Shown here: positions 37,173-37,885 of the stretch, piece after piece | Position numbering within the stretch: the first letter of the stretch is position 1 | Layout: every line of letters begins with the position of its first letter | Source of the DNA: Calditrichaceae bacterium | GTDB taxonomy: Bacteria > Calditrichota > Calditrichia > Calditrichales > JBFXGD01 | Length of the DNA stretch: 37,885 nucleotides | Direction: 5' to 3' | Assembly (NCBI GenBank): GCA_050178385.1 | Contig: JBFXGD010000018.1 | Span: 1 to 37,885, forward strand | Notes under the pieces: generated by a model | The model's input: the letters and a program-made list of their open reading frames with translations, nothing else | What the model was told of the DNA's origin: nothing | Database searches by the model: none | Translations under genes and position numbers: made by a program

Positions 37173-37885
37173 TTAATTCTCAAATGGCCATTTGTTTTTT
37201 TGTTTCAGCATCAGTTCAATCTCGTTCAATATAATATCTATTGTGTCTGGCTGATGCAGATTACTCATATTCCTCGCAAAAGTATTTATTCTTTTTTGAT
37301 CCACAAACACCGTATTTATAATTGAGCAAATTTTTTCCGGCATATCTTTATCATCAACCACAAGCATCCCGGCATCTTTATCTTCAATCATTTTTGCGTT
37401 TTTGTACTGATGGTCCGCCGCTGCAAATGGATACGGTACAAGCAGAGCCGGCAGTCCTGCCGCCATCAGCTCTGACAAAGTCATTGCGCCCGCCCTGCAG
37501 ATTGCAAAATCAGCCAACGCATATGCGTTATACATATCATCAATAAACGGCTTAATTACTACATTACCCGACTTAATTTTTCTGAGCAGCAGATCAAATT
37601 TGTCAAAGTCATTCTTTCCTGTCTGCCATAGTATCTGAAATCCGGCAGGAATTTTTTCATCCCTGACCATCTGCAGTACCGCATTATTTATACTTGACGC
37701 GCCCTGGCTTCCTCCAAAAACAAAAATCGTTTTTAAATTCGGCTTCAAACCATAATCAACCGCAATTTCACTTCGTCCGGATACCGGTTTTTTTAGATTT
37801 ATGGGATTACCGGTTACATGAATATTTTTCGCGTTTTTCAAGAACTTTTTTGCTTCTGCATAGGCAAGAAAGACCAAATCCGCCT
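37173..37885 (-). CDS. murG: MurG glycosyltransferase, 3' part (5' end outside the window)
   Basis: Motifs TGNP, FGGSQGA, QTG, RAGAMTLSE, DHQYKNA. Confidence 0.94.
   Translation of the reverse strand, partial: ADLVFLAYAEAKKFLKNAKNIHVTGNPINLKKPVSGRSEIAVDYGLKPNLKTIFVFGGSQGASSINNAVLQMVRDEKIPAGFQILWQTGKNDFDKFDLLLRKIKSGNVVIKPFIDDMYNAYALADFAICRAGAMTLSELMAAGLPALLVPYPFAAADHQYKNAKMIEDKDAGMLVVDDKDMPEKICSIINTVFVDQKRINTFARNMSNLHQPDTIDIILNEIELMLKQKNKWPFEN

Overview
A mostly core-genome bacterial window; gene order and protein style suggest the FCB group, possibly Calditrichota-like (inference). It holds a partial Cys-motif hypothetical gene, icd, an M19 dipeptidase, an ABC exporter, two Na+-coupled amino-acid transporters, a DUF1684 lipoprotein, a HAL2-suhB-prs-TPR-mutT cluster, Nif3, an orphan TatT/TatP pair, nfeD-SPFH, serA, an S66 LD-carboxypeptidase, purN-purH-mreBCD-mrdA-rodA, a cpoB-like gene, a small MerR-like HTH gene, tRNA-Val(CAC) and the dcw cluster end (murG-murC-ftsQ-ftsA-ftsZ). 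No transposase, integrase, CRISPR array or rRNA was seen. The unusual signals are non-coding. (1) A ~900-bp 'Russian-doll' element between the convergent icd and dipeptidase genes, in which several unrelated short-repeat families are mirror-ordered in ~140-160-bp inverted arms around a GTAG-type REP quartet. (2) An ftsZ terminator whose loop is a perfect 10-nt complement of ftsZ's own Shine-Dalgarno region. (3) A second small nonamer-based inverted element at 10.3 kb. (4) A recurring TTGACT-N17-TAnnTT promoter consensus.
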